Assembly: GCA_040220235.1 (NCBI GenBank)
Contig: JAVJTO010000079.1
DNA length: 21,402 nt
Reading direction: 5' to 3' (one strand)
Source: Coleofasciculus sp. B1-GNL1-01
GTDB lineage: Bacteria; Cyanobacteriota; Cyanobacteriia; Cyanobacteriales; Coleofasciculaceae
Part shown: piece by piece, positions 8,679 to 16,063 of the stretch
How positions within the stretch are numbered: position 1 is the stretch's first letter
Layout: every line of letters starts with the position of its first letter
Notes under the pieces: generated by a model
The model's database searches: none
What the model saw: the letters and a program-made list of their open reading frames with translations, nothing else
What the model was told of the DNA's origin: nothing
Program-made: the position numbers and the translations under genes

Positions 8679-8920
8679 CACCAACCCATTTCCTGCAAAG
8701 TTTTGAGATCTTCTTTAAATTCAGCGACATCGTAGTGAACACAAATGCCTCGATCAGCCAGCAACCTTTGAAACTGCATCCGATGCATCTCCAGCAATTC
8801 ACTGGCTTTTCCTAAACTAATTTTCTCCTGTTGGAAGAGCATAATTACAATTTCTATCAAGAATTCACGTTCTGACAAACCGCTGACTTGTATAATATCA
8901 TCGGAAATAACCAAACTCAT
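8678..8920 (-). CDS. UPF0175-family antitoxin (HTH)
   Basis: MSLVISDDII...EIVIMLFQQEKISLGKASELLEMHRMQFQRLLADRGICVHYDVAEFKEDL; GGAGG RBS before ATG 8920. The 164-aa ORF in the track is an in-frame read-through from the upstream pseudogene remnant. Confidence 0.85.
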   Translation of the reverse strand: MSLVISDDIIQVSGLSEREFLIEIVIMLFQQEKISLGKASELLEMHRMQFQRLLADRGICVHYDVAEFKEDLKTLQEMGW

Positions 8921-9013
8921 TGCAATTCCTCCGACTCGGCTTCTTTCATCGTAGCAATCCGATGTTGAGATTTCCCATTGAATCCCCAAACTACAAGCGA
9001 ACCTTAGCATCCA

Positions 9014-9457
9014 TGCGATCGTTCTTCCAGGGCGTTCATCCATGAGCAGAAATTCTGCATTTAGTTCCATAGCCAATATAATGGCTTCCGCCTCACCTGG
9101 ATCTAAATCGGCTTGCAGTACTGAAACTTGATTGAAGTCACTAACCTGTTGAGTTTCTAAACTGTCATGCATTTAAATTGGGTATTAGTAGCGAGCAAGA
9201 TGCAAAGCCTGCGGCATGGCTTCGCTAAACGCACTACAAGGATTGCGCCATTATTGATATTAAGGTTTAAATGCCGAACAGCTTATCCAGGCAAAGGTTT
9301 GAACTTCAAACGCACCCGGTACAGCTTTTCCTACTCTCACCATCTCATTATAAACAGCTTGCGGAATAATCACTCGACTGTAAAGTTGCTGCAACAGTTC
9401 CAGCCGTCCGATACCTGCCAGACTTGTGATCGGTGAAGTGTCACTGACAACAATCAT
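9014..9457 (-). pseudogene. DUF3368-family PIN-like toxin, split by a MITE and 3'-truncated
   Basis: MIVVSDTSPITSLAGIGRL...FAWI (9457-9284) and ETQQV...LDPGEAEAIILAMELNAEFLLMDERPGRTIA (9157-9014). Removing the insert and one TA restores TGG ATA GAA ACT in frame. Confidence 0.85.
9160..9283. mobile_element. 124-bp MITE with TA target-site duplication
   Basis: Flanked by TA at 9158-9159 and 9284-9285. Imperfect terminal inverted repeats AACTGTCATGCATTTAAA and AGCTGTTCGGCATTTAAA (reverse complement of the right end), 14/18 match. Interrupts the DUF3368 frame precisely. Confidence 0.85.
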
Positions 9458-9699
9458 AATCTGCCCAGTGACCTTAACGTTTTCAGGTCAGACTCAAAAT
9501 CCTCCACATCATAGTTAATTGTCAGTCCTCGCTGACCCAGTTCCCGGCGAAACTCAATCAAATTCATCCCTAACCACTGACAAGCTCTGCCACTACTAAT
9601 TTTCTCCTGCTTATAGAGCATAATGGCAATTTCTAGTTTCAGTTGAGCTTCCGACATCTTCGTAGCTGCAACAATGTCCTTGGGAATAACCACATCCAT
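9454..9699 (-). CDS. UPF0175-family antitoxin (HTH)
   Basis: LKLEIAIMLYKQEKISSGRACQWLGMNLIEFRRELGQRGLTINYDVEDFESDL; paralogous to 8678-8920; GAGGAG RBS; ATGA overlap with the DUF3368 gene. Confidence 0.85.
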   Translation of the reverse strand: MDVVIPKDIVAATKMSEAQLKLEIAIMLYKQEKISSGRACQWLGMNLIEFRRELGQRGLTINYDVEDFESDLKTLRSLGRL

Positions 9700-9784
9700 G
9701 TCACTTCTCCTCTATAGTTGTCAAGTCAACTGCTACGCCATTAGCTTTGGTGATGAGGACGTGCGATCGCTCTTTTCCCTAAAT

Positions 9785-9861
9785 GCGATCACCTCACCTC
9801 AAGCATACAACCCTTAACCCAAACCCGATTAAGATTCTAGCCATCACATCCACGCGATCGC
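9785..9861. repeat. 77-bp HIP1-bounded repeat, copy 1
   Basis: GCGATCAC-CTCACCTCAAGCATACAACCCTTAACCCAAACCCGATTAAGATTCTAGCCATCACATCCAC-GCGATCGC; near-identical to 10900-10976 and 11897-11970. Confidence 0.95.
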
Positions 9862-9875
9862 ATCTATGTATTTCA

Positions 9876-9976
9876 TCATGCAGGTGAGAAGTCAGTTATA
9901 GGTTTAACCATGACACCACTGGCGATCATACCATTCCCTTGGCGCTCATCCACTGTCACCACAGGACAATTTAGAT
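9876..9976 (-). pseudogene. PIN/VapC toxin 3' remnant
   Basis: LNCPVVTVDERQGNGMIASGVMVKPITDFSPA is a diverged duplicate of the C-terminus of 11985-12191. Confidence 0.75.
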
Positions 9977-9999
9977 TCAGTAGCAACAGATGTATAAAA

Positions 10000-10521
10000 C
10001 TAGAAATCAAACTCTCTAGCAATGCTTTCCAAGGGTAAGAAAAGAGACAGTGCTTTATCTTGAAACGGAATAAACTCATGTTTAAGATAAAATTCCTTTG
10101 CCAGTAAATCTATTGCATCAACTCTAACCGCAAAAATTCCAATGTCTTGAGCAGCACGAACAATACGATAGAGAGCATCGGCTAAAAGTTCTCCTCCCAA
10201 ACCTTGTCCCTTAACAGTATTATCAACTGCCAATTTACCAATTAACGTAGCGGGAATTGGATAGGCAGGCATCTTTCGTTGATAAGATTCAGGAAAAGAT
10301 TCGTACTCAATGACACTAGCGCTGATTGTATAGTAACCATCCACATTTAGTCCCCCTGATGCTGGAATAGCAACAAAGGTTTTGGCAATTCCCTTTTGAT
10401 GGTTTTGCCGAGCGTATTTCTTGAGATATTCATTGAGAACTCGATAGCCACAGTCAAAAGCATCTCGTTGATATCTTTTCTCAATAGGCAGAACGTCCCA
10501 TCTCGGCTCACTACTTGTCAT
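10000..10521 (-). CDS. GNAT acetyltransferase toxin (TacT/AtaT-like)
   Basis: FDCGYRVLNEYLKKYARQN, GYYTISA, IPATLIGKLAVD, acetyl-CoA motif KGQGLGGELL, VRVDAID, EFYLKHEF; overlaps the upstream DUF1778 gene. Confidence 0.92.
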   Translation of the reverse strand: MTSSEPRWDVLPIEKRYQRDAFDCGYRVLNEYLKKYARQNHQKGIAKTFVAIPASGGLNVDGYYTISASVIEYESFPESYQRKMPAYPIPATLIGKLAVDNTVKGQGLGGELLADALYRIVRAAQDIGIFAVRVDAIDLLAKEFYLKHEFIPFQDKALSLFLPLESIAREFDF

Positions 10522-10795
10522 ACTTGTCCCGAAACTTGTGGATAGTGGCTTTAAGCTTTCCCTTCAGTTGCGGCGGATTTTCCATCACAGACATAAATAA
10601 CTCGCGATCGCGATTTGACAGAACTAGCCTTTCATGGACATCTATTTCCTGTCTAGCGATGGGAACCAAGTGAAAAAGAGTATAGGCACTTAAAGAAACT
10701 CCTTTCAAGGCGGCTGCCCGTTCTAGGAGTTCTTTTTGCTCTTGAGTGACCCTTAAATCAATCCGGCTATCTTTAGGTTGAGAGGTTTCCGGCAT
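10511..10795 (-). CDS. DUF1778-family ribbon-helix-helix antitoxin (TacA/AtaR-like)
   Basis: RIDLRVTQEQKELLERAAALKGVSLSAY...LVLSNRDRELFMSVMENPP, immediately upstream of the GNAT gene. Confidence 0.92.
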   Translation of the reverse strand: MPETSQPKDSRIDLRVTQEQKELLERAAALKGVSLSAYTLFHLVPIARQEIDVHERLVLSNRDRELFMSVMENPPQLKGKLKATIHKFRDKYDK

Positions 10796-10822
10796 CTTTG
10801 CTCTCTAGTTCGCTTAATTCAC

Positions 10823-10851
10823 AGTCTAGCTATTCGGGCGGACAATGTCCA
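10823..10851 (-). promoter_or_regulatory. Candidate sigma70-type promoter of the DUF1778/GNAT operon with an overlapping palindrome
   Basis: Minus strand TGGACA (10851-10846), 17-bp spacer, TAGACT (10828-10823); palindrome GGACA-A-TGTCC at 10840-10850 overlaps the -35. Confidence 0.5.
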
Positions 10852-10899
10852 CACAAGTTACTAACCCGCAGACTGTGACAGCTTGCGTTTTCCCTGAGT

Positions 10900-10976
10900 G
10901 CGATCGCCTCACCTCAAGCATACAAGCCATAACCCAAACCCGATTAAGATTCTAGCCATCACGTCCACGCGATCGC
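10900..10976. repeat. 77-bp HIP1-bounded repeat, copy 2
   Basis: Perfect GCGATCGC at both ends (10900-10907, 10969-10976); the last base is shared with the TAG stop of the PIN gene. Confidence 0.95.
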
Positions 10977-11410
10977 TACCTCTGCAATTCCTCAACTGTC
11001 CAATCTGCCAACTCTAAACCTGGCACTTTACAAAAATCTCGTTGATTGCGCGTAACCACTATCCCTTTCACCGAAAGAGCGATCGCTGCAATTTTCAAAT
11101 CCTGTGTACCAACACCTATCCTTTGACGAACTAATTCTGCATAGCAATCGCCAGCTTCTTGGGTAAAAGAGAGCAAATTAATCCTACTAAAAAAATCAAA
11201 TGTATAGCGTAATTTAGCATAAGCCGATACCAAAGACTCTGCTGAAGTAGCCCTACGAATTCGATTTAATCGTCCATAAACTTGCTCTTCAAGGGTAATA
11301 ATTGTCACCGCAATTGTTTGCGGATCAGTGGCATTGACTTGTTGCATCACCAGCGGATGTTCTCTCTGAAAAAGAGAGACATGATCCGTATCTAAAATAT
11401 ACCGAATCAA
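10976..11410 (-). CDS. vapC: PIN-domain (VapC-family) toxin
   Basis: YILDTD, IITLEEQ, GTQDLKIAAIAL, VVTRNQRDF: PIN acidic motifs. Confidence 0.9.
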   Translation of the reverse strand: MIRYILDTDHVSLFQREHPLVMQQVNATDPQTIAVTIITLEEQVYGRLNRIRRATSAESLVSAYAKLRYTFDFFSRINLLSFTQEAGDCYAELVRQRIGVGTQDLKIAAIALSVKGIVVTRNQRDFCKVPGLELADWTVEELQR

Positions 11411-11787
11411 TGAACCTCCTCCTCCGCATCCAGTTGACGATAATAGTCCCCCTGTTCCCGATCAAGATCATGTCGATAGGCGGCGATATCTGCTAACACG
11501 TCCTCAAAGTCAGGATCATCTTTGAACATTCCCGCAAACTTCATCCAAGGATGCTCCGGTTTAGGCAAGTCGATCTCTAAAGAAACAATTTCTGTATTTT
11601 GTAAACGTGCTGTTAATAACTTACGCAGTTGCTCCAATGCTTCTGCCTTAGTAGAACCCCGTGCTTGGCAGTCGTGCCAACCTAACACAGTTGCGCTTAC
11701 TCCACCTTCTACTTGGTTTTCAATCAGCACCTCATAACGGTGTTTAGTTGAGGGATTCTTTTCAATCCTTAAAGAATCGATATTCAT
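11407..11787 (-). CDS. HicB-like antitoxin
   Basis: YEVLIEN...VSATVLGWHDCQARGSTKAEALEQL (HicB N-terminal fold pattern) plus HPWMKFAGMFKDDPDF; ATGA overlap with the PIN gene. Confidence 0.8.
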   Translation of the reverse strand: MNIDSLRIEKNPSTKHRYEVLIENQVEGGVSATVLGWHDCQARGSTKAEALEQLRKLLTARLQNTEIVSLEIDLPKPEHPWMKFAGMFKDDPDFEDVLADIAAYRHDLDREQGDYYRQLDAEEEVH

Positions 11788-11896
11788 CGTACTTTTCCAG
11801 CCTAACCTATTGTATCCACACTCTTTACCCTATTTTACCCATATCCCTGCCAGCGGAAATTCTAATCTTAGCAAGTCGGTTAGTTTTTACAGCCAA

Positions 11897-11970
11897 ATCG
11901 CCTCACCTCAAGCATACAACCCTTAACCCAAACCCGATTAAGACTCTAGCCATCACGTCCACGCGATCGC
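11897..11970. repeat. HIP1-bounded repeat, copy 3 (left HIP1 partial)
   Basis: ATCGCCTCACCTCAAGCATAC...CACGTCCACGCGATCGC; homology with copy 1 continues to about 12085 (equivalent to 9976). Confidence 0.95.
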
Positions 11971-11984
11971 ATCTGTGTATTTCA

Positions 11985-12191
11985 TCATACAGGTGAGAAG
12001 TCAGTTATAGGTTTAACGACGACATCACTGGCGATCGCACCGTTCCTGTGGCGATCATCTACTGTCACCAGAGGGCAATTTAGATCAACAGCCAATGCAA
12101 TATACAGCGAATCATACAAAGCCAATTGATAGCTCAAACCGATTTGTAAGGCGCTAGGCAAAAGATGAACAATTGGCATGATCCTTGTCAT
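11985..12191 (-). pseudogene. PIN/VapC toxin, C-terminal half only
   Basis: LLPSALQIGLSYQLALYDSLYIALAVDLNCPLVTVD is a PIN C-terminal signature; the N-terminal xxD motif and an antitoxin gene are absent. Confidence 0.8.
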
Positions 12192-12299
12192 AAATCTGGT
12201 TAGTATCGCTGTGTGAAAGTTCTCTAAAGGGAGACTGAGATTAACCTGAATTTAGCCGAGAATACGATGAGAAAAAGCTGACTGGGCTAGTTTAGTTGC

Positions 12300-12327
12300 T
12301 TGAATTTTCCACTATTTAGGTTATAAT
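12300..12327 (+). promoter_or_regulatory. Candidate sigma70-type promoter upstream of hemJ
   Basis: TTGAAT (12300-12305), 16-bp spacer, TATAAT (12322-12327). Confidence 0.4.
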
Positions 12328-12474
12328 AAAATATTTTATCCTTTAGAGTTTCCGTTTGTCAGTAATTTTCGGATCGGTTTCGACGTGTTGAGAATGGGGC
12401 AAAATCTGAATAGGATAGACATACTCACAGAGAATCCACTCTACTCCAATCACTCAATCGTAAAGGAAGAATGT

Positions 12475-13077
12475 ATGGCTTACTTCTGGTATAAGGCATT
12501 TCACTTAATTGGCATTGTTGTCTGGTTTGCTGGGTTATTCTACCTGGTGCGTCTTTTTGTCTATCACGCAGAAGCCTCTCAGGAAGCAGAACCCGCGCAA
12601 ACGATTCTGAAAAATCAATACCAAATCATGGAGAAGCGACTCTACAACATCATTACCACACCGGGAATGGTGGTGACGGTTGCCATGGCAATTGGTCTAC
12701 TCACGACTGAACCAGAGGTTTTAAAATCCGGTTGGATGCACGCGAAGCTGGGGTTCGTCTTAGTCTTGCTGGCGTATCATTTTTACTGTGGTCGGTTGAT
12801 GCGACGGTTAGCCTCTGGGGATTGTCAATGGACGGGTCAACAGTTCCGCGCCCTCAATGAAGCTCCCACTGTCCTACTCGTGGCGATTGTTTTACTGGCT
12901 GTATTTAAGAATAGTTTACCCACGGATATTACCGCTTGGGGAATCTTTGCTCTGGTTATTGCGATGGCAGCATCGATTCAACTCTATGCGAAAAAACGGA
13001 AGCGGGATAAGGAAAAACGTCTGGCACAAGCCTCCTCAGCTACCAGCGACGAGATGACCGAACAGGTATCTGCTTGA
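12475..13077 (+). CDS. hemJ: Protoporphyrinogen IX oxidase HemJ
   Basis: MAYFWYKAFHLIGIVVWFAGLFYLVRLFVYH, MEKRLYNIITTP, WMHAKL, RALNEAPT; AAGGA RBS before ATG 12475. Confidence 0.95.
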   Translation: MAYFWYKAFHLIGIVVWFAGLFYLVRLFVYHAEASQEAEPAQTILKNQYQIMEKRLYNIITTPGMVVTVAMAIGLLTTEPEVLKSGWMHAKLGFVLVLLAYHFYCGRLMRRLASGDCQWTGQQFRALNEAPTVLLVAIVLLAVFKNSLPTDITAWGIFALVIAMAASIQLYAKKRKRDKEKRLAQASSATSDEMTEQVSA

Positions 13078-13140
13078 ACGATCAATTCATTAACAGTCTT
13101 CTCTAGCAGGATACACATCGCTAAGGACAAACCAACTGTG

Positions 13141-13167
13141 GTAGAGACGTTCCGCCGGAACGTCTCT
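13141..13167. repeat. GTAG-type REP-like palindrome between convergent genes
   Basis: GT-AGAGACGTTCC-GCC-GGAACGTCTCT: 11-bp perfect stem, 3-nt loop. Confidence 0.8.
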
Positions 13168-13213
13168 TCTGGTTAAGAAGAGTAAACATTGGGATTAACA
13201 ATTCCTTATCTTT

Positions 13214-13263
13214 TGTGGAAAACTAACGGGTTTCTGTGGAAAAGTAGCAATATCTGTGGAAAA
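13214..13263. promoter_or_regulatory. Three direct TGTGGAAAA nonamers (DnaA-box consensus matches)
   Basis: At 13214, 13235 and 13255; the reverse complement TTTTCCACA fits TTWTNCACA. Confidence 0.5.
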
Positions 13264-13292
13264 GTCAGGCTTTTTCCAGGGCTTCTGAGGGG

Positions 13293-14201
13293 TTAAAAGG
13301 TTATCTGATCGGACTCATAAGCTGGAGGTTCGACATGAATCAACACGCGCACCGGATCAAAGCGTTCTTCTAATCGATCCTCCACCACCTCAGTAATTTG
13401 GTGGGCAGTTTCCACATCTTTCGCATCAACAATCAGATGCATTTCAATGAAGACTTGACGCCCCAAGACACCACGAGAGGCGATATCATGGCAGTTGATG
13501 ACTCCAGGAACTTGGATAACAATCCCTTGAATCGCTTCGGGTGCGATCGCGGCTTTATCGACTAACCAGGGTAAGTTATCTGTTAACACTTCCCAGCCAC
13601 TGCGAAAGACTAACAGGGCGACAGGAAAGGCGAGAATCACATCCAACCACTGAAGTTGGGGCAGATTCCATAGTTGTCCTTGCCAAATCCCAATCAATCC
13701 CGCCAAAACCGTAATCGTTACCCAGACATCACTCATCGTGTGTTGAGCATCCGCTATCAAAATCGCACTTCCTACCCGCTTCCCCACATTTCTTTCGTAG
13801 AAGGTAACGAAAATATTCACGCCTAAGACAATCAGCAGTAACCACAACTCTGGCGCTGCGATCGTGATCGGCGTTAAACCGTTGACAATCTTCTCGATGG
13901 TGCCTTTGAGAATTTCAAAACAAGCAATGCCTAAAAACGCCGCAATCCCCAAAGCGCCTACGGCTTCAAACTTCTGATGACCATAAGGATGTTCGCGATC
14001 GGGATGAGGAGAGGAGAATCGATTCGCCACTAAACCCAAAACATTATTGGCACTATCGGTGACACTGTGCAACGCATCAGCTTGTAAGCTCAAAGACCCG
14101 GTTAAAATGCCGACAATGGCTTTCAATGCCATTACGAATACATTCAACAGCAGGGTAATCAGCAAAACCTTGCGAACTTCAGCACGTTTGTCTGCTGGCA
14201 T
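13293..14201 (-). CDS. Cation diffusion facilitator (CDF) family transporter
   Basis: SLSLQADALHSVTD, PDREHPYGHQKFE, LIADAQHTMSD, C-terminal IHVEP; about 6 hydrophobic helices. Confidence 0.95.
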   Translation of the reverse strand: MPADKRAEVRKVLLITLLLNVFVMALKAIVGILTGSLSLQADALHSVTDSANNVLGLVANRFSSPHPDREHPYGHQKFEAVGALGIAAFLGIACFEILKGTIEKIVNGLTPITIAAPELWLLLIVLGVNIFVTFYERNVGKRVGSAILIADAQHTMSDVWVTITVLAGLIGIWQGQLWNLPQLQWLDVILAFPVALLVFRSGWEVLTDNLPWLVDKAAIAPEAIQGIVIQVPGVINCHDIASRGVLGRQVFIEMHLIVDAKDVETAHQITEVVEDRLEERFDPVRVLIHVEPPAYESDQITF

Positions 14202-14431
14202 TATGGTTGCCCTCGATAAGGAATTTCCCCTATCCTTAGTTTAGTCAGAAAAATGACTGAAACCCTTGTCCTTTAATGCTTTTAATTCTCCAAGCTCCCT
14301 AAGTTTTTGTCGGCTTCTTGCGAGTTTTTCTAGGAATTGTGTGCCAAAACGTCTCATTCTTTGGTAGATTTTCGGAGGGACTCAATTACCATCTTCTATC
14401 AGTAAGCGCTCGTTATTAAGATTTATTGCTC

Positions 14432-14782
14432 ATGGTTCCAGCTCAACTCACCCTCAATCTGGCTCAAGGGTCTGTATCATTCAAATTTACGCCGGAAGCT
14501 GCCCAAAATTTACAAAAGGCACTCGCCCAACTTGTACAAACTTTAAAAGCTACGGCTCAAGCCCCAGGCAGTACCAGCAAGCCTAGTCCGCAAAAACCAA
14601 TAGAGTACCAATATACTGGGGATGTTTTCTTGGAAATTTTCTGCAATCCCAATATTTACCCCAGTCCCTTTGCAGCTAAAGTTCTAGTCACACTGCGGGA
14701 TGAACGCATCCGTTTGAGTACGGAAGCTGAACTGACGCGGGTGATTGAGGATGTTAATCAGTATCTCGAACAAGTTGGCTGA
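14432..14782 (+). CDS. Conserved cyanobacterial hypothetical protein
   Basis: ORF from ATG 14432; VFLEIFCNPNIYPSPFAAKVLVTLRDERIRLSTEAEL looks like a conserved motif block. Confidence 0.8.
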   Translation: MVPAQLTLNLAQGSVSFKFTPEAAQNLQKALAQLVQTLKATAQAPGSTSKPSPQKPIEYQYTGDVFLEIFCNPNIYPSPFAAKVLVTLRDERIRLSTEAELTRVIEDVNQYLEQVG

Positions 14783-14884
14783 TGAGTGACCGGAATCAAG
14801 AGATCTCAGGCTCCCCGTCCTTGCCTTTAGGCTGGATAGTGTAACGTATTGTAAAATAAGCAACGGGTCAACTTTATTGACGCT

Positions 14885-15280
14885 ATGAATCCCAATAATA
14901 TCCAAGACACTTTACAAACTGGCTTTCGTGTATCCTTGGGGGCGACCACTTCCCTCATCGAAAGTCTCCAAGATGAGCAAAAGCGGCAAGAAAACCTGTC
15001 TCTGCTCAACTTAGACTTCAACCAACAGGTTGCTGAGTTGTCGAAAAAAGGCGAAAAAACCGAGCAAGAGGCTCAACGCTTGATTGGACAGATGTTCAGC
15101 CAAATGAACCAACCGACAGACTCAGCTACACCATCAACATCTGGCGATAGCGGTTCAACCCCACCAACGGGAACCACGTCTAGAAGTACCCAACAAGAAC
15201 TTGAAGAACTGACGGTGCAAATTGCTCTGATCCGTACTGAGTTGGAACAGATGCGTAATCCCGACTCGAATCAACAATAA
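14885..15280 (+). CDS. Hypothetical coiled-coil protein (phasin-like architecture)
   Basis: GFRVSLGATTSLIE, ELSKKGEKTEQEA, S/T/P linker, ELEELTVQIALIRTELE. Confidence 0.7.
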   Translation: MNPNNIQDTLQTGFRVSLGATTSLIESLQDEQKRQENLSLLNLDFNQQVAELSKKGEKTEQEAQRLIGQMFSQMNQPTDSATPSTSGDSGSTPPTGTTSRSTQQELEELTVQIALIRTELEQMRNPDSNQQ

Positions 15281-15417
15281 GTAGGGCTTACTGCACAACC
15301 CGGAAACCCTGATCCATCAATACTTTGAGGCGTATGGACAGTGGATAAAGTGCCAGGAAATGGGGTAGCATCCTTCATAAGTATGGCATCACCTTGCTCA
15401 GGGAAAATGTACCCTTG

Positions 15418-15441
15418 CTCCCCCAGCTCCCCCAGCTCCCC
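15418..15441. repeat. Short tandem repeat (CTCCCCCAG)n
   Basis: ctcccccagctcccccagctcccc read directly. Confidence 0.7.
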
Positions 15442-15497
15442 CTCACCTCACCACTTATTCAGCAAGCCCTAGTTAGGGGATCAGTTGTCAGGTATTG

Positions 15498-15525
15498 GTA
15501 AGGGCGCATGTCTATGCGCCCCTAC
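15498..15525. repeat. GTAG-type REP-like palindrome
   Basis: GTAAGGGCGCAT-GTCT-ATGCGCCCCTAC, one mismatch in the stem. Confidence 0.75.
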
Positions 15526-15793
15526 TATTTCAGGTTACTCAAATTTTAATATGCAATTACAGTGGTGCTTTTTAAGCGATCTCCTTTTTTAAGGGTTGTA
15601 TCAGGAGCAATAGCTAGGGCTGAAGCCTAATAATGAAAGGGTTTGCCAAACTAAATCCGTACTTGTCCTTGACTCGGCAATTCATCAATGACACAACCAA
15701 TGACAACGAACCGATAACGAACGTTTACGGAGCAAATTTTTCCAACTCCCTATATATAAGCGCCGAGCCAAAATCCCTCTCAACTGAGGCTAT

Positions 15794-16063
15794 CTAATCA
15801 TTTTCCCATTCTTCGGAACCAATTAAATCACCAATGCGGTCTCTCAGCAAGAAATCGCATAGCTCTAGTTCGCATTCGACACAAACCCATTCGCGAGCGG
15901 GAATGTATTGACAGAGAACGTAGATGGGTTGCTGACGGCTGACTACTCCTTTCTCTACGAGTTGACGTGCTTCTTCTTGAATCACATCAATGGAATATCG
16001 AATCGAGGGAGTAGAGGGAGCAGAGGGAACGGTTTGAAGGCTCATCGGACTCATAGATACCAT
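15794..16063 (-). CDS. DUF4327 family protein
   Basis: YSIDVIQEEARQLVEKGVVSRQQPIYVLCQYIPAREWVCVECELE...FLLRDRIGDLIGSEEW. Confidence 0.85.
   Translation of the reverse strand: MVSMSPMSLQTVPSAPSTPSIRYSIDVIQEEARQLVEKGVVSRQQPIYVLCQYIPAREWVCVECELELCDFLLRDRIGDLIGSEEWEND

Noticed and set aside
8678..9172. 164-aa ORF as a genuine toxin-antitoxin fusion protein
   Set aside because: Its ATG lies inside the MITE; it is a pseudogene remnant reading through into an antitoxin that has its own RBS and ATG at 8920.
9785..11970. 77-bp repeats as classical integron attC sites or CRISPR repeats
   Set aside because: No RYYYAAC/GTTRRRY ends, no extended internal palindrome, no integrase in the window, and spacing is about 1 kb.
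11748..11996. 82-aa plus-strand ORF spanning repeat copy 3
   Set aside because: Antisense to the TA array, made largely of repeat DNA, and with no recognisable protein motif.
12385..12474. N-terminal extension of hemJ
   Set aside because: HemJ similarity and an RBS point to ATG 12475.
13141..13167. Intrinsic terminator for hemJ
   Set aside because: Strong stem but no U-tract; the GTAG start fits a REP-type repeat better.
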